IMG/VR virus record: IMGVR_UViG_3300032281_000328
Span: 1 to 27,274 of that record
Direction: 5' to 3' (one strand)
Origin: a virus
Taxonomy: Duplodnaviria; Caudoviricetes
Length of the DNA stretch: 27,274 bases
Each line of letters begins with the position of its first letter. Positions within the stretch are counted from its first letter, which is position 1. The position numbers and the translations under genes are program-made. Shown piece by piece: positions 7,381 to 18,900 of this stretch. A model generated the notes under the pieces. The model had not been told where the DNA came from. It was given only the letters and a program-made list of their open reading frames with translations, and made no database searches.

Positions 7381-7917
7381 CTAGTACATTGTATCATCAT
7401 AAGTCCCTCCAGCAGTTAAGATTTCAACCTCTACCTGCTCATTTTCTTTTATGTTTATTAGATTAATTACAAGGTCTCCGCTTATTGGGTCGATGTATAT
7501 AGACTTTCCATTGTAGACCTTTACTCTTTTTGTTAAGTCTGGGTTAGTTCCGATCAAATCATAGCCGTTGCCATATTTTGGAAGATAGTTGGCAAGTGTT
7601 ATAGCCAAAGAACTAAAGAATGAGTCGGCAGACTGAAGTCTTAAAACGTTGTTTGGATTATATTGTAAGTAAAGGTCTGTTAAGTTTTTAATTGGTTCGT
7701 ATATTACTGTCTGACCATTTACCAAATCGTGTCTTGATATTGTTGCAAGTTCAAAACCACCTATGTCTTCAAAGATAAGGTCTGTCATTATTTCAATAGC
7801 AACAACCTGCTCGCCAAATATAAGTAAATCAGGTGTTGCAATTTTTACAGAATCAACAGTACTTGTCTTGGCTGGTTTTGGAATTGCTGCTGTTGCTGGC
7901 ATGCTTTTATCTACCAT
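7381..7917 (-). CDS. Hypothetical tail tip protein
   Basis: 178 aa, TAATG-coupled to the 1469-aa gene and preceded by GAGGT. Role inferred from position only. Confidence 0.6.
   Translation of the reverse strand: MVDKSMPATAAIPKPAKTSTVDSVKIATPDLLIFGEQVVAIEIMTDLIFEDIGGFELATISRHDLVNGQTVIYEPIKNLTDLYLQYNPNNVLRLQSADSFFSSLAITLANYLPKYGNGYDLIGTNPDLTKRVKVYNGKSIYIDPISGDLVINLINIKENEQVEVEILTAGGTYDDTMY
7388..7396 (-). promoter_or_regulatory. Possible extended -10 promoter
   Basis: TG-A-TACAAT in the last codons of the 178-aa gene. The predicted start falls at the GGGGAG SD of the 387-aa gene. Confidence 0.4.
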
Positions 7918-10900
7918 TATACTACCTCACTTAAATATAATTGCATCTCTGGGCCATTAGAACTTCTTGAGAAATCAATATTGTAGACAACGAATCTGTT
8001 AGATGAGTTTGCTGCGATGTCTATTCCATTTTCTCTATAGTCTAGGGTTACTATATCTCCGAGTTGAATTGTTGGAATAGAGAATATCTTAACTCCTAAA
8101 GACTTTCTTGGCTTTGATATTTTTGTAACAATCCATTTCATTAGTTCTGATGCCTCATCCTGTGATTGAATATATGCAGCGTCTAAAGAGAAATCTTTTT
8201 TACCATGCTGCATTCTACTAAACTTAATATCCTCATAGTCTAGTTTAAATTTAAAAGGATTTGAAATTAATTTATCTGCAACAAATTTTGGATCTGACAT
8301 AAGACTGTTCTTACTAAAGTATTGATCAACCGTTAAGGTATTATTTGACTGCTGAGTAAAAGTAATTCCTTGTATTCTTAGATAGTTTCCGCTAGTCTCA
8401 TCTAAGTTAAGAGCAGTATCGGTTGCATTAAATACTAGGAACTCTGCCCCGTATGAGCCTGCTTTAAAGCCAGAGATAACAAACCCTTTTATGCTGTTGA
8501 ATGTAGGAGAAACTTTTGCAGTCAGGGCTGGGAATGCTTTGTCATATCTAAAACTAAACTCTGCCACCTCTCTCATTATGCTTCCAAACTCTTCAAAATA
8601 AATATTGTACTTTGGTGGTTCCGAAGATCCAATGCCAGTAAGGTATGTGTTTTGGATAAGACCGCTAAGAGCATACTTTCTAAAAGAATTGCTTGCATCA
8701 ATATCAGCATCTGCAAAAATAGAATTGACGACAGTTCCTAAAGAAAAAGAAGTGTTCTGAGAGTAGTTGTTACATAGGGCATAAACATTCTCAAACATTG
8801 CTCTTGAAGACCCTCTAGTAAACAGTGCAATATTGGAATACTCTGGCAATGGATCTGTGTCATCCACTGTCTTTACCATGGTTCCATTTATGTATAGGTA
8901 GAATCTTCTTATGCTTCCTATGTTTTCGTATTCTACTGCTAAGTCATATACCGTGGGATTTTCCTCGGCAAACATTCTTGATTGACCAGTAAACCTACCA
9001 TCGTCTACAATAATTTTAGCCAAGCCCTTATATAGTGGGACTGGGATTCCCTTTCCTCCACTAGACTTAACTTTATAGAACAAGACATTTTGAACATTTT
9101 GTTTTTCTCTTTCTGACAACTTGTTTAAACCAAGTGCTGCAATTTCAAAGTAATACCCCACATTCGTGGTTGGATTTAGCATTACTGCTATTCCAGCAGA
9201 ACCTCCAGAGATTGTAACATTTTTATCTGGTGTCGATCCAGTTACAACATAATATGCTGCTGCTCCGTTAGCAGTTTGTCCTCGACTTTGATCGTTTTCT
9301 ATTTTACCAATTAGTCTAACTCTTGTACCAAAGTGCTTATATTTCTTATCTGTTAAAGGCTTGTGCACATAAGATATAAAGTCTCTTGGTTTATCTTTTG
9401 TTGTAAAGTTTGGTCCAGTTAGAGAAAATGCTGATGACTGTACAGATCCAGGAACTTGCTGGGTCTTTGTAGTTATTTCTCCTGTTAGAGCAGTTGACAA
9501 GAAATTTTTAACAAGACCTGTTCTTGTTGAGGTTCTTGCTAAAGCATCTGATGCAACGCCAGTGTTCAATGTCTTTCCTGCAGCATCTATAGTTGTTACT
9601 GGAGAGTCAGTCTTTGTTTCAAACAAATATTCTGAAGCCATAGAACAGCCCTTTACATTGTCATCAGATTTCCAATAATCAGATATGCCAGCAGAATGCT
9701 CTACAACTGTTGTTCCAAATTGACCACGACCATGCTTTGCTACTGGGCCATTCTTTAACTTTAGGATACCAGGCATCTGCTCATAGTTTGGTACAGAGTA
9801 AATTCTTACAAGGCCAGTAGGGTAGATCTTTCCATTGAATGGCAACTTAGAAAAGTAGTTCTGATATTCTTCAACCGATGATATCCAAACATTGCCAAAC
9901 CCACTAACATTATATTGAACTGCATCATATTTTATAACCTCTCCACCAGAGTAGAAGTATCCGTTGTATCTTGTTATCCAGTATACTGCTTCTCCTAGGC
10001 TAAAGGTGTTATTGATTACGATACCGTTTTTTACTTCTGGGATTTTATCTGATAGGTTAGAGTTTAAAGGGATGGCAGCAAGAACGTATGAGGACATTGT
10101 GCCAACTTCGTTATTAATTGATTTTGTATTTTCAGTACCAGATACCTCCCAAAGCAAGGCTGGCTTATAGGCATACATTCTTTCATCCTCTAAAAGACTT
10201 GCTTGTCTTAAGGTTCCGATAGATCTTTGAATATGTCTTACAGTATAATTTATCGATCCTCCGTTATAGATAGCGTTTGATTCATTTGAAACTGAGATAA
10301 CATTTGCCAGTTTAGAGTTATCGACTGTTTTGTTTTTAATTTCGTTTTCTTCATATAGATCGTTAGTCCCTTTAAGGGCAAAGGTGGTTGGTCTCTGTTC
10401 TTTAGTTGGCATAATATAATCTTTGCTCATCATAACAAAATTATTGTATTCGTCAAAGAACATTGCTGTCTGTGTTGACACTGCCAAATCTTGTAGCACT
10501 TGAGCAACACTCTTGTCTGGAGCAACAAAAAAGAATGGCATGATCATTTCTTTTTCATTTAGAATTCTTCTAAAGGTATAGTTAGAAAAACCAATGCTGT
10601 CTAACAACAAAGATACTGCAGAACTAACAGAAACCTCTGTCATTAATATTTCTGGGGCTGTAAGTGATTCTAAATACCAATACATATCTCTTAATGTTAT
10701 TGAGATTTTTTTATTCTCTAGGTCTGTTTTTGGGAATGAGTCTGAGTATAATGTTTTCATTGGAACCCAATAGTCCCATCCATTAACATTTATAATAATT
10801 TCATAAAACTTAAACTGTACATGGCTATCTACATATTTTGATATGATGCTGCCTTGACCAGTATCAAAAGAAAAAGGATTGTTATCATTAAAGGCTTGAT

Positions 10901-12326
10901 CATAATCAAATATATTAACACTACCATTTGACGCAACCAGTTGACCAACAGGCAAACCGCTTAGCCCTAAGTCAGAGGCACTCTTATTAATTGAATAACT
11001 TATAACTTTGTCAGAAAGATTCATGGTAAGCCTTGGAGATATTTCAATAAGATCAAATGTTGAGTCTTTTGATGTCATAGAATCTACAACAATTCTAATT
11101 CCAGAAATGAACTCAAACTCCCTATACTGAACTTTATTGTTTAATGAGTCTATAAACTTTGCTGGAGATGTTGCATCTGTAAGGAAGTTAGTCAATCTGT
11201 CAACAGTCTCATCCTGAACGTACCAGCCATACTTTGGAGTTATAACCTCATAGGCTGCTCCGTTCCAGATATGGTAGGCACCTATATCATTTTCATTTGC
11301 TTTAATAAGATAAGCATAACCAATTACAGACTGCTCAGGAAGAAGGGTTTCGCTTGAATAAACCTCAGCAAAAACAAATACATTTCTCCATTCCTCTGGG
11401 ACAATAAAGCCGTAAGCAATTTCAACATACCCATCGCTTTTAATAATTGCAGAACCATCTCTTCTTCTTTTTGATGGGTCAAAAGAAATAATGTCTTTCC
11501 AGTTGTTGTCTTTTAAAAATTGAATCTTCCATTTGCTTGGAACCTTTTGATTTACTTCTCCGTAAAATGGATCAGTAAAAGAGCCTGTTGAAGATGAAAA
11601 CGGTCCTAGGTCTTCGGTTCCAGTATGGGTTTGCATTTTAACAACAACTCTATTTGTTGGCACCTGATCTTTATATACTACGAAAGGACAAGCATCTTCA
11701 ATAAAGTTTTGAGAACCACTTACCTTTGAAGAAATTCCATACTCAGAATTTTCTGCTACGCCCTTTTTTTCTATGTTGTCCTTGTCAATAAATGTTGCAC
11801 TAAACCCATAGGAAACAGAAGCATCATTGTATGTGTACTTATATCTGGTTTCAGTCCTGTAAGATGTCCAGTACTTAAACTTATCTTTTTTCTCTGGCAT
11901 ATAATATCTAGGTCTATCTGCCATAAACATATTAGGATAGTGAAGTTTACCATTTTCAAAATATACTGCCTTGTTGATTCCAGACCTTGGCCTAAATCTT
12001 TCAAAACAACTCTCTAGAGAGTACAGGGTCTGTGTTTTTTCTTTTTTAGTTAAGAAGGCAGTTGGGGTCGTATCATTTTCAAAAGTGCCATCAATTAAAA
12101 TATCTGCATCAGTTGCTCCTGTATAAAAATTTCCAGCATCATTAATATCAAAACTTGTCGGCAAAGAAGAATATATAGATGCTGGCTGTGTTGGTCTATA
12201 TCTATAGTTTCCAATATGCTTAATATTGTTTGTTCTATTCATATTTAGTTCTGCAATAACTGCAGACTTATTTCTAACAGTATCAGCACTTTCTAAAAAT
12301 GCTTTTAAATCTTTGTCTTCAAACAT
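7917..12326 (-). CDS. Large tail tip/hub protein with concanavalin-A/LamG-like domain
   Basis: 1469 aa, two genes after the TMP. Hub-like segments (VAQVLQDLAVSTQTAMFFDEYNNF; C-terminal IPTIQLGDIVTL...FVVYNIDFS) and a lectin-like segment (FYLYINGTMVKTVDD...IALFTRG...MFENVYA). Confidence 0.7.
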   Translation of the reverse strand: MFEDKDLKAFLESADTVRNKSAVIAELNMNRTNNIKHIGNYRYRPTQPASIYSSLPTSFDINDAGNFYTGATDADILIDGTFENDTTPTAFLTKKEKTQTLYSLESCFERFRPRSGINKAVYFENGKLHYPNMFMADRPRYYMPEKKDKFKYWTSYRTETRYKYTYNDASVSYGFSATFIDKDNIEKKGVAENSEYGISSKVSGSQNFIEDACPFVVYKDQVPTNRVVVKMQTHTGTEDLGPFSSSTGSFTDPFYGEVNQKVPSKWKIQFLKDNNWKDIISFDPSKRRRDGSAIIKSDGYVEIAYGFIVPEEWRNVFVFAEVYSSETLLPEQSVIGYAYLIKANENDIGAYHIWNGAAYEVITPKYGWYVQDETVDRLTNFLTDATSPAKFIDSLNNKVQYREFEFISGIRIVVDSMTSKDSTFDLIEISPRLTMNLSDKVISYSINKSASDLGLSGLPVGQLVASNGSVNIFDYDQAFNDNNPFSFDTGQGSIISKYVDSHVQFKFYEIIINVNGWDYWVPMKTLYSDSFPKTDLENKKISITLRDMYWYLESLTAPEILMTEVSVSSAVSLLLDSIGFSNYTFRRILNEKEMIMPFFFVAPDKSVAQVLQDLAVSTQTAMFFDEYNNFVMMSKDYIMPTKEQRPTTFALKGTNDLYEENEIKNKTVDNSKLANVISVSNESNAIYNGGSINYTVRHIQRSIGTLRQASLLEDERMYAYKPALLWEVSGTENTKSINNEVGTMSSYVLAAIPLNSNLSDKIPEVKNGIVINNTFSLGEAVYWITRYNGYFYSGGEVIKYDAVQYNVSGFGNVWISSVEEYQNYFSKLPFNGKIYPTGLVRIYSVPNYEQMPGILKLKNGPVAKHGRGQFGTTVVEHSAGISDYWKSDDNVKGCSMASEYLFETKTDSPVTTIDAAGKTLNTGVASDALARTSTRTGLVKNFLSTALTGEITTKTQQVPGSVQSSAFSLTGPNFTTKDKPRDFISYVHKPLTDKKYKHFGTRVRLIGKIENDQSRGQTANGAAAYYVVTGSTPDKNVTISGGSAGIAVMLNPTTNVGYYFEIAALGLNKLSEREKQNVQNVLFYKVKSSGGKGIPVPLYKGLAKIIVDDGRFTGQSRMFAEENPTVYDLAVEYENIGSIRRFYLYINGTMVKTVDDTDPLPEYSNIALFTRGSSRAMFENVYALCNNYSQNTSFSLGTVVNSIFADADIDASNSFRKYALSGLIQNTYLTGIGSSEPPKYNIYFEEFGSIMREVAEFSFRYDKAFPALTAKVSPTFNSIKGFVISGFKAGSYGAEFLVFNATDTALNLDETSGNYLRIQGITFTQQSNNTLTVDQYFSKNSLMSDPKFVADKLISNPFKFKLDYEDIKFSRMQHGKKDFSLDAAYIQSQDEASELMKWIVTKISKPRKSLGVKIFSIPTIQLGDIVTLDYRENGIDIAANSSNRFVVYNIDFSRSSNGPEMQLYLSEVV

Positions 12327-12967
12327 TATACTTCTTCCAAAGTCACTGAAACATTCCAGTAATCAAACTTGTTTGCTCGTTTTTCAACAGAGTAAGAAAA
12401 GTCGCTAATAAACATTTCAATCAATTGATTGTATTGCTGAAGGTGCTGATAGGGTTGTGCAGTTCCTTTGAAGATACCTTTTCTATCATAAGCAAGAAAT
12501 ACCCAGAAAGATCCTTTGTGTGAGTCATACCACTCAAGCATATCAGCACCACCTGCTCCTCCATCTGTCGTGTATGACTTATTTGTAGAGAGTCCAGTTT
12601 CTGTATCAAATGTTGGAATATCATTATGAGACCTAGATGGGATTAGTGACCAACTGGTACTTAAAGTTAGTTTGTCCGCAATATGATAGGATCTCATACG
12701 ACCATTAATCATTCTTTCTCTTTTTTCTATTCTTTCATTTTTAAACTGTAAAGGCTGTCTGTTGTCATCAGTAATTAATAAGAACTGATCTACTAGGGAT
12801 GTATCTTCAACCCCGTCTGGATCTGCCCCGACCTCATACCCATTAGGAACATAAAGACCATTTTGAAGTGTGCCCGAATTTTCAGACCAAAGCATACCAC
12901 TGGGTCTGTGATATTTCTTACGACCCAGCATGTAGGTGACTCTACGATCAGGTGCTTCTTCAGTCAT
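12326..12967 (-). CDS. Putative distal tail protein (Dit-like)
   Basis: 213 aa directly after the TMP. RERMINGRMRSYHIADKLTLSTSW and C-terminal WNVSVTLEEV are typical of distal-tail folds. Confidence 0.6.
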   Translation of the reverse strand: MTEEAPDRRVTYMLGRKKYHRPSGMLWSENSGTLQNGLYVPNGYEVGADPDGVEDTSLVDQFLLITDDNRQPLQFKNERIEKRERMINGRMRSYHIADKLTLSTSWSLIPSRSHNDIPTFDTETGLSTNKSYTTDGGAGGADMLEWYDSHKGSFWVFLAYDRKGIFKGTAQPYQHLQQYNQLIEMFISDFSYSVEKRANKFDYWNVSVTLEEV

Positions 12968-15900
12968 TTAGTGATACTCCTCTAACTCTTCTACCTTCAA
13001 CATTTCTAATTGTTGACATAACTGCCTGTGCAATCTCATTAGGGTTTGCATCAGTTCTAGCATTTACTGTTAATGCATATGTATTATTATACACTGCTCC
13101 ACCTATAGATTCTCCATTATTAATTTTTCTCATCTTGTCTACTCCATAAGAATCTACAGCATACTTACTCATGATGAATTCTCCTGGAGTTAACATTGCT
13201 GGAACTGTATCAGTTCCCTTAGCAAAACCACCACGTGAGAACATCTTAGGGATTATTCCGCCCTTCATTCTTCCAACATGGCCCCTAGCATTTGCATTTG
13301 CTGCATCTCTTGCTTCTTTCGCTCTAAAAGATGCTAATGCATTTGCTTGTGCTGCTATTGCATTGGATGCTGCCAAAGCCTTCTCTGCTGCTTTTAGTTG
13401 TGATGCTATAGATGCTGCACCGATTGCACCGCTTTCTCCTGATGCTAGAACACTTGGGATTACTTTTGCTGCAGCCAGGGCTGCTCCTGCTGAGTCTCCA
13501 GCAGCCTTTGCTGCTGCATAAGTTGCTGCTGCAGTCTTTGATGCTGCTGTTGCTGCTGAATCTGTTGTTGCCCCAGTTACTGCATCTGCTGCTGTCTTTT
13601 CTGCTGTGACTGCTGCTGCTGCAGTAGCAGCATTATTTACCACTGTTTCTTGTGCATTTTTAACAGAAACTGGTGTTGAGTTGTACTCTTTTAACTTAGC
13701 AAGTATGCTTGCCCACTTTGCATCGATTGCAGCAGATGAAGCAAGCAATGCTCCAAGCACACCATCAAAATCTTTTCCTGCAAGTGTGTTTGCATCTATT
13801 TTAGCCTTGATTCTATCCCACTCTAACTTAGTTTTATCTAAAACAGTTATTTCTTCAACAAGTTTATCTATTCCTGCTTGAATTAATTCATTGGCAGATG
13901 TAAGGTCTGTTATCTTGTCTTCTAGTGGCTGAAGTTGATTCTTTTGTATTTCAAAAATCTTATCTTCTTTTGCCTGAATCTCCAGAAGTTTTGCCTCACG
14001 TGCTTCCTCTAGGTTATAAATCTTATCTTCTAGATCTCTAATCTGTGTACGAATCTCAACTCTTCTTGGATCATTTTCCATTGCATAAAGTGTTTGAGCA
14101 TTTTGGAATTGTGCCTCATCAATTTCTTTTTGAGACAGGCCAGTCTCTGCTCCACGAAGACCCTTAATCTCATTCTCTCTAGACTGTTGCAAAGCGTCTG
14201 CTGTTGCTGTACCAAACCTCTGTGCTGACTGTGCACGGGCTTCTTGTGCTGCTCTTGCTGCTGATGCAATATCTCCGCTAGTTAATGCTCCTGCAATATC
14301 AAGTTGACTCTTTTGCTGGTTTGTAATTTCTTCATTTACTTCTGCAACTTTAGCAAGAGCCTCTGCCTGCTTGTCATATTCTTCATTAATTTTCTCTGCT
14401 TGATTAGCCATGATTGCAGAGTCATTAGACATCTTAGCATTTTGATTATTGATTTCCTCCATGGCACGATCACCAAACTCAGGATCCATCTCCAAAGTTC
14501 TTTGATAATCATTAATCTGCTCTTGCATGTTTTCAATAGGTCTTGTATAATTCTTTTCGATGTCTTGCTCTATATCTCTGATCTCACGATTAATTAATTC
14601 AATTTCACGCCTAAAACCTTTTGCTGCTATCTCTGCAGCCTGAATTTCTTTATTGTTAGCATTCATTGTGTCAACCATGGCGGTTGTTCTTGGATCTGCC
14701 CCAGTTCTTAGCATAGTCTCTTGAACAGAGAACATCTCGTCTACAAGATCCATACCAGGTTGGGCAGACTCAGAGTACTTTCCAGAGTTATAGTTTACTT
14801 GAATGTCGATCATCTTTCTAGCCTCAATAGAGTTTAGGTAGTCTGCTATTTCTTTAGAGTCAACCTTTCCATCTTTGAGGTCTTCAATTAAAGACTTTGC
14901 AAGGGCTGGATCATTTAGTACCTCTTGCATTTGATCTGCAGAGAAACCTGCCATCTTCATTGCTGTTCCAAGTTTTGGCATTTGCTCAAGAAGTTTAAAC
15001 TCCTCATTAGCCTGAATCATTTTTTGACGAAGAGCAAATCTTTCTGTTTCATCTGTAGCCTTTTTAAGATCTGCAATGTATTGTTTTCTTTCTGCACTTC
15101 CCTTTTTGCCAAGTGCTCCTGCAGCAATTGAGGCTGCAAGTGCTGCATCTTGAACATGTTCTAGTGCTTCTGTTGCTGATGCTCCTTCGGAAACTAAAAT
15201 CTTAAATGCTTTTTCTTGGTTAGTAACTTGCTCTACGGCTTCTCTATTTACAACGTTGCCTTCTCCAACAATAGCCTCGTTGTAGGTTTTCATTGTCTTC
15301 TTACCAGTGTCGGTAAGTCCTTCAATGTTTGCCTTTGTTTTTGGCTTACCCTTTTTAAATTTAAAGATAGCCTTCTTTCCTGTAAGTTTTGCGATATCAT
15401 TGAAATCTTCAGCAGACATTCCTGCGATCATATCTCTAAACTCTTTTGGAATCTTCATATCAATCATTCTTTGTTGAAGACCATCAAACACCTTAAATGC
15501 AGCATTCATGTCCTTCTTTATTTTTGGATTACTAAACGCAGCAAGCATAGACTCTAATGGCTTTGTTGCGTCGAATGCTCCATCACGAACATTTTTAATT
15601 CTCATTGCAAGATCATCAAGGAAAGATAGAGGTTTTTTGCCACCTCCTTCAGGGGTTACTGGAGGAACATCGGCTCCAAGAGAAGTGACTCCTCCCGTTC
15701 CAACCATCTCAACCTTTTTAACTGCAAAGTCACTATCTGAAAGAAGTTTTAATGCTGCAACATTTTTTTCTAAAATCTTTACGTAAGCATCAGATCCAAT
15801 AGCAATACCTTGTAGGTATGCTTCATTCATTGCCTGCTGCTCAGCAAGGAACTGTATGTCTGCCTCACGTGTTTTATCATTTACTGTGGCCTCATACATC

Positions 15901-18900
15901 ATCTGTGCTGCAAGTTTTTGTAGATACTCTGTTTGTTGTTCAAGACTTCCCTTTTTAAACTCTGCCATTCTTTCTTCGTTGCCTTCTAGTGCATCAATAG
16001 CAGCCTTCATATTTCCAGAGACATCTGCAGATGCATCGACAGTCTTACCATCGGCTGAAACTAAAGATGTTTTTCCAGCCTTCTTTGCATCTTCTTTAAC
16101 TTTTTCAAGGTCTTCTTGCTCTTTTTTAATTTTTTCAATTCCCTCAAGTCCTGTTGTCTTGACAAGAACTTCAAAATCAAGAGTGTTTCCATCCATTGAT
16201 TGAACGCTCTTCAGGGTTTCCATAATTGAATCAAACTCTGCTGGATCCTTCTTCTTCATAATCATTTCAGTAATGATTGATGTTGCTTGCTTTCTTCCTC
16301 CAGCACTAAAGCCTGCAAACATTCCAAACAATTCTTTTGTCTTTGCAGCACCCTTTGTTTTAATTCCTGCGTTTAATAAGAAGTCCATCTCATTTAACTT
16401 GCCACGGAAAAGATCCATGTAACTTGTTGCTTCTCCTGGGCTTAATACCTTGCTTCCTACAAGCATTTCCATTTTTGCCTGGAACTTTTGAGCATTTTCT
16501 TGTGTACCAAGACCAGTCTTTACATACTCTCCAGTTTTATCATTATATTTTCCATAGGTTGTATCATTGCCTAGTGCTTGAGTTTTATTTAAAAACTTCT
16601 TTGCAGCGTCTTCTTGATCTGTTCCTTTGTATGTGGATTCAACCTGAGCCTTAGATGCATCAAAGTATGCGTCTTCACGCATAGCCTGCTTGCCCCAAAC
16701 AGAGTTACTATAAACCTTATTAAAACTTATAGCATTTTTATTTATTTGTGCAGCAATATTGTCATTCATAAACTGTGAATCTTTTAGATTCTGAGCATTA
16801 AGAGTAGAAATTTGTTTTTCAAGATCTAACTTCTTTGCTGCATTTGTTGTAGATGCCAACTCTGCTTCTAATTTTTTCTTTGCAGTTTCATACTCAATCT
16901 GCACCTGATCTGCCATCATTGTTGCAAGTTCTAGATTGTTCATATTTAATGCTGCAAGTGCTGCTACTTCTTTTCTTGAACTTTCTCCAAACCCTGACTT
17001 TGATGCAATATCAGTTTCAAGATCTCTAGTTCTTTGTCCTGCCTTTGCCATGATACCAATTCTGGTCTTCATTGGATCCTTCTTTAGATCTTCACCATCT
17101 GGACCAATCAAGGAGTTCATCTGGCCAATAACCTGCATTTCAAGTTTTGCATTTTTAAGATCTATAGCAAGGGCTGCTGCAATACTGTTTGCTGCGTCAC
17201 TATCTAATACCCCGTCGGCAACTGCCGTTGAAAGTTTTAATGCTAGATCTGACACAGCCTTATCTTCACCAAAGTCTTTAACATTTTGCTGAAATAGTTG
17301 CTTCTCTTTTTTGCCAGCATCTGATCCTAAGAATTGCTTTCCAAATATGTCGTCAATTTTTACTGCTTCATCATACTTTCCATACTGACTCTTTGATCTA
17401 CGTTTATCCATTATTTCAGATGAGCCAACCTTGCCAGAAATTTCACCTATTGCTTTTAGACCACTTCTTGTTGCTGATAGGTCTTTTGCAAACTGTGCTG
17501 CTTTGCCAGCCATAGCATTGAGGTGCTTGTTGAATAGGTATGCTCCTGCTGCTACTGCTGCTAGTGCTACTACAATACCCTGCGGTCCTGTGAGTCCTGC
17601 AATCATTGGAGCAAACTGAGATGCTGTTGATGCTATACCAAGGGCTGCTGTGACCTGTGGTGGTGCTCCAGCCATTCCTGCTGCCATTGTTGCTGCTCCC
17701 AATGCACCAGAGGCTTTGCCAGAAAACCTTCCAACCTTCTCTCTACGCATGCCACGCTTCTTTTCTTTAATCTGCTTTGCTGAAAGAGTTGTTGGCTGTT
17801 TCTTTCCATCTGCATCAAGTTCTGGATCAAAGATGATTTGGCCATTCTTGTCTCTGGTGTAAGTTGATGCTTCTTCATATGCAGCAACAGATCCCATTCT
17901 GTTCTTGCCCAACTCTTCATTCCCTGTCTGGCTTCCTGGTGGAACAATTCCATTTTCTGCTGCCATACGTGCAGCCTCTTGAGCGTTATATGCTTTTAGT
18001 TGTGCTAACTGTTCTTTCTTTTCTGCATCTATTTGATCATTTGTCTTTGCAATATTTGCTGAAGAATCTGCAAGATCTTGTTGGGCAACTCCTGCTTTGT
18101 CCATTGCTGGAAGCATCTCACCAAGATTGTTATTTGCTGCATTGGTTAGTTGGTTAGTGGTGATCAAGTTTGATGTATTTGTTGTTTGAGCATCTACCGC
18201 AGCCTGAGTTACATTTGCAAATTCATCTGTTTCTTCTGCAACAAGAACAGTTGATTTTGCTACATTTTCTGTTTCCTTGGCAATCTCTTGACTTTGTACC
18301 TGTGTTTTCTTTGCTAAACGAACTTTAGACTTGACTGATGATTTATCTGCTGGAAGTTCTACAGAACCCTTAGCCCCACGCTTTCTTCTTTGTCTATCTA
18401 AAGATTTAAGGACTTGTCTTTCATCACGCATCTCTGGTGTATCAATATCATCATAGAAAGCCTTATTGCCAAGATCCATCTTGTCTGTTTTTGCTTGTGT
18501 TTCTGCTGCTGATGGAAGTGCTGCGTCAGTAAGTTGTGAAGACTTTGTTTTTACTCCAGGTGTTCCTTCTTCTAATCCTTGTGCAAGTCCATCTGCAATA
18601 TCTTTTCCAAGACGCTTAGTTCTTCTTGATGGTGATGCTGTCTCTGCTTTTTTCTCTGCATCTGTAAGGTCTGCATCTACATCTTCAGAAATTTTAAGCG
18701 AATCAAGTCTTGCTGCTCTCTCTGCATCTGATAGCGGAACAAACCCTGCATCAGAACCAACTTCTGGGGAATTGTTCTTTCCAAATCTTCCTCTTACCTT
18801 TGCTCTTCCTGCTGCAAGTCTTTCTTCTGTAGACCTTGTATCTGCACTAGGTGGAACTGGAGTTTCAGCACGTCCTTCTGCATCGTATATTGTAGCAAGC

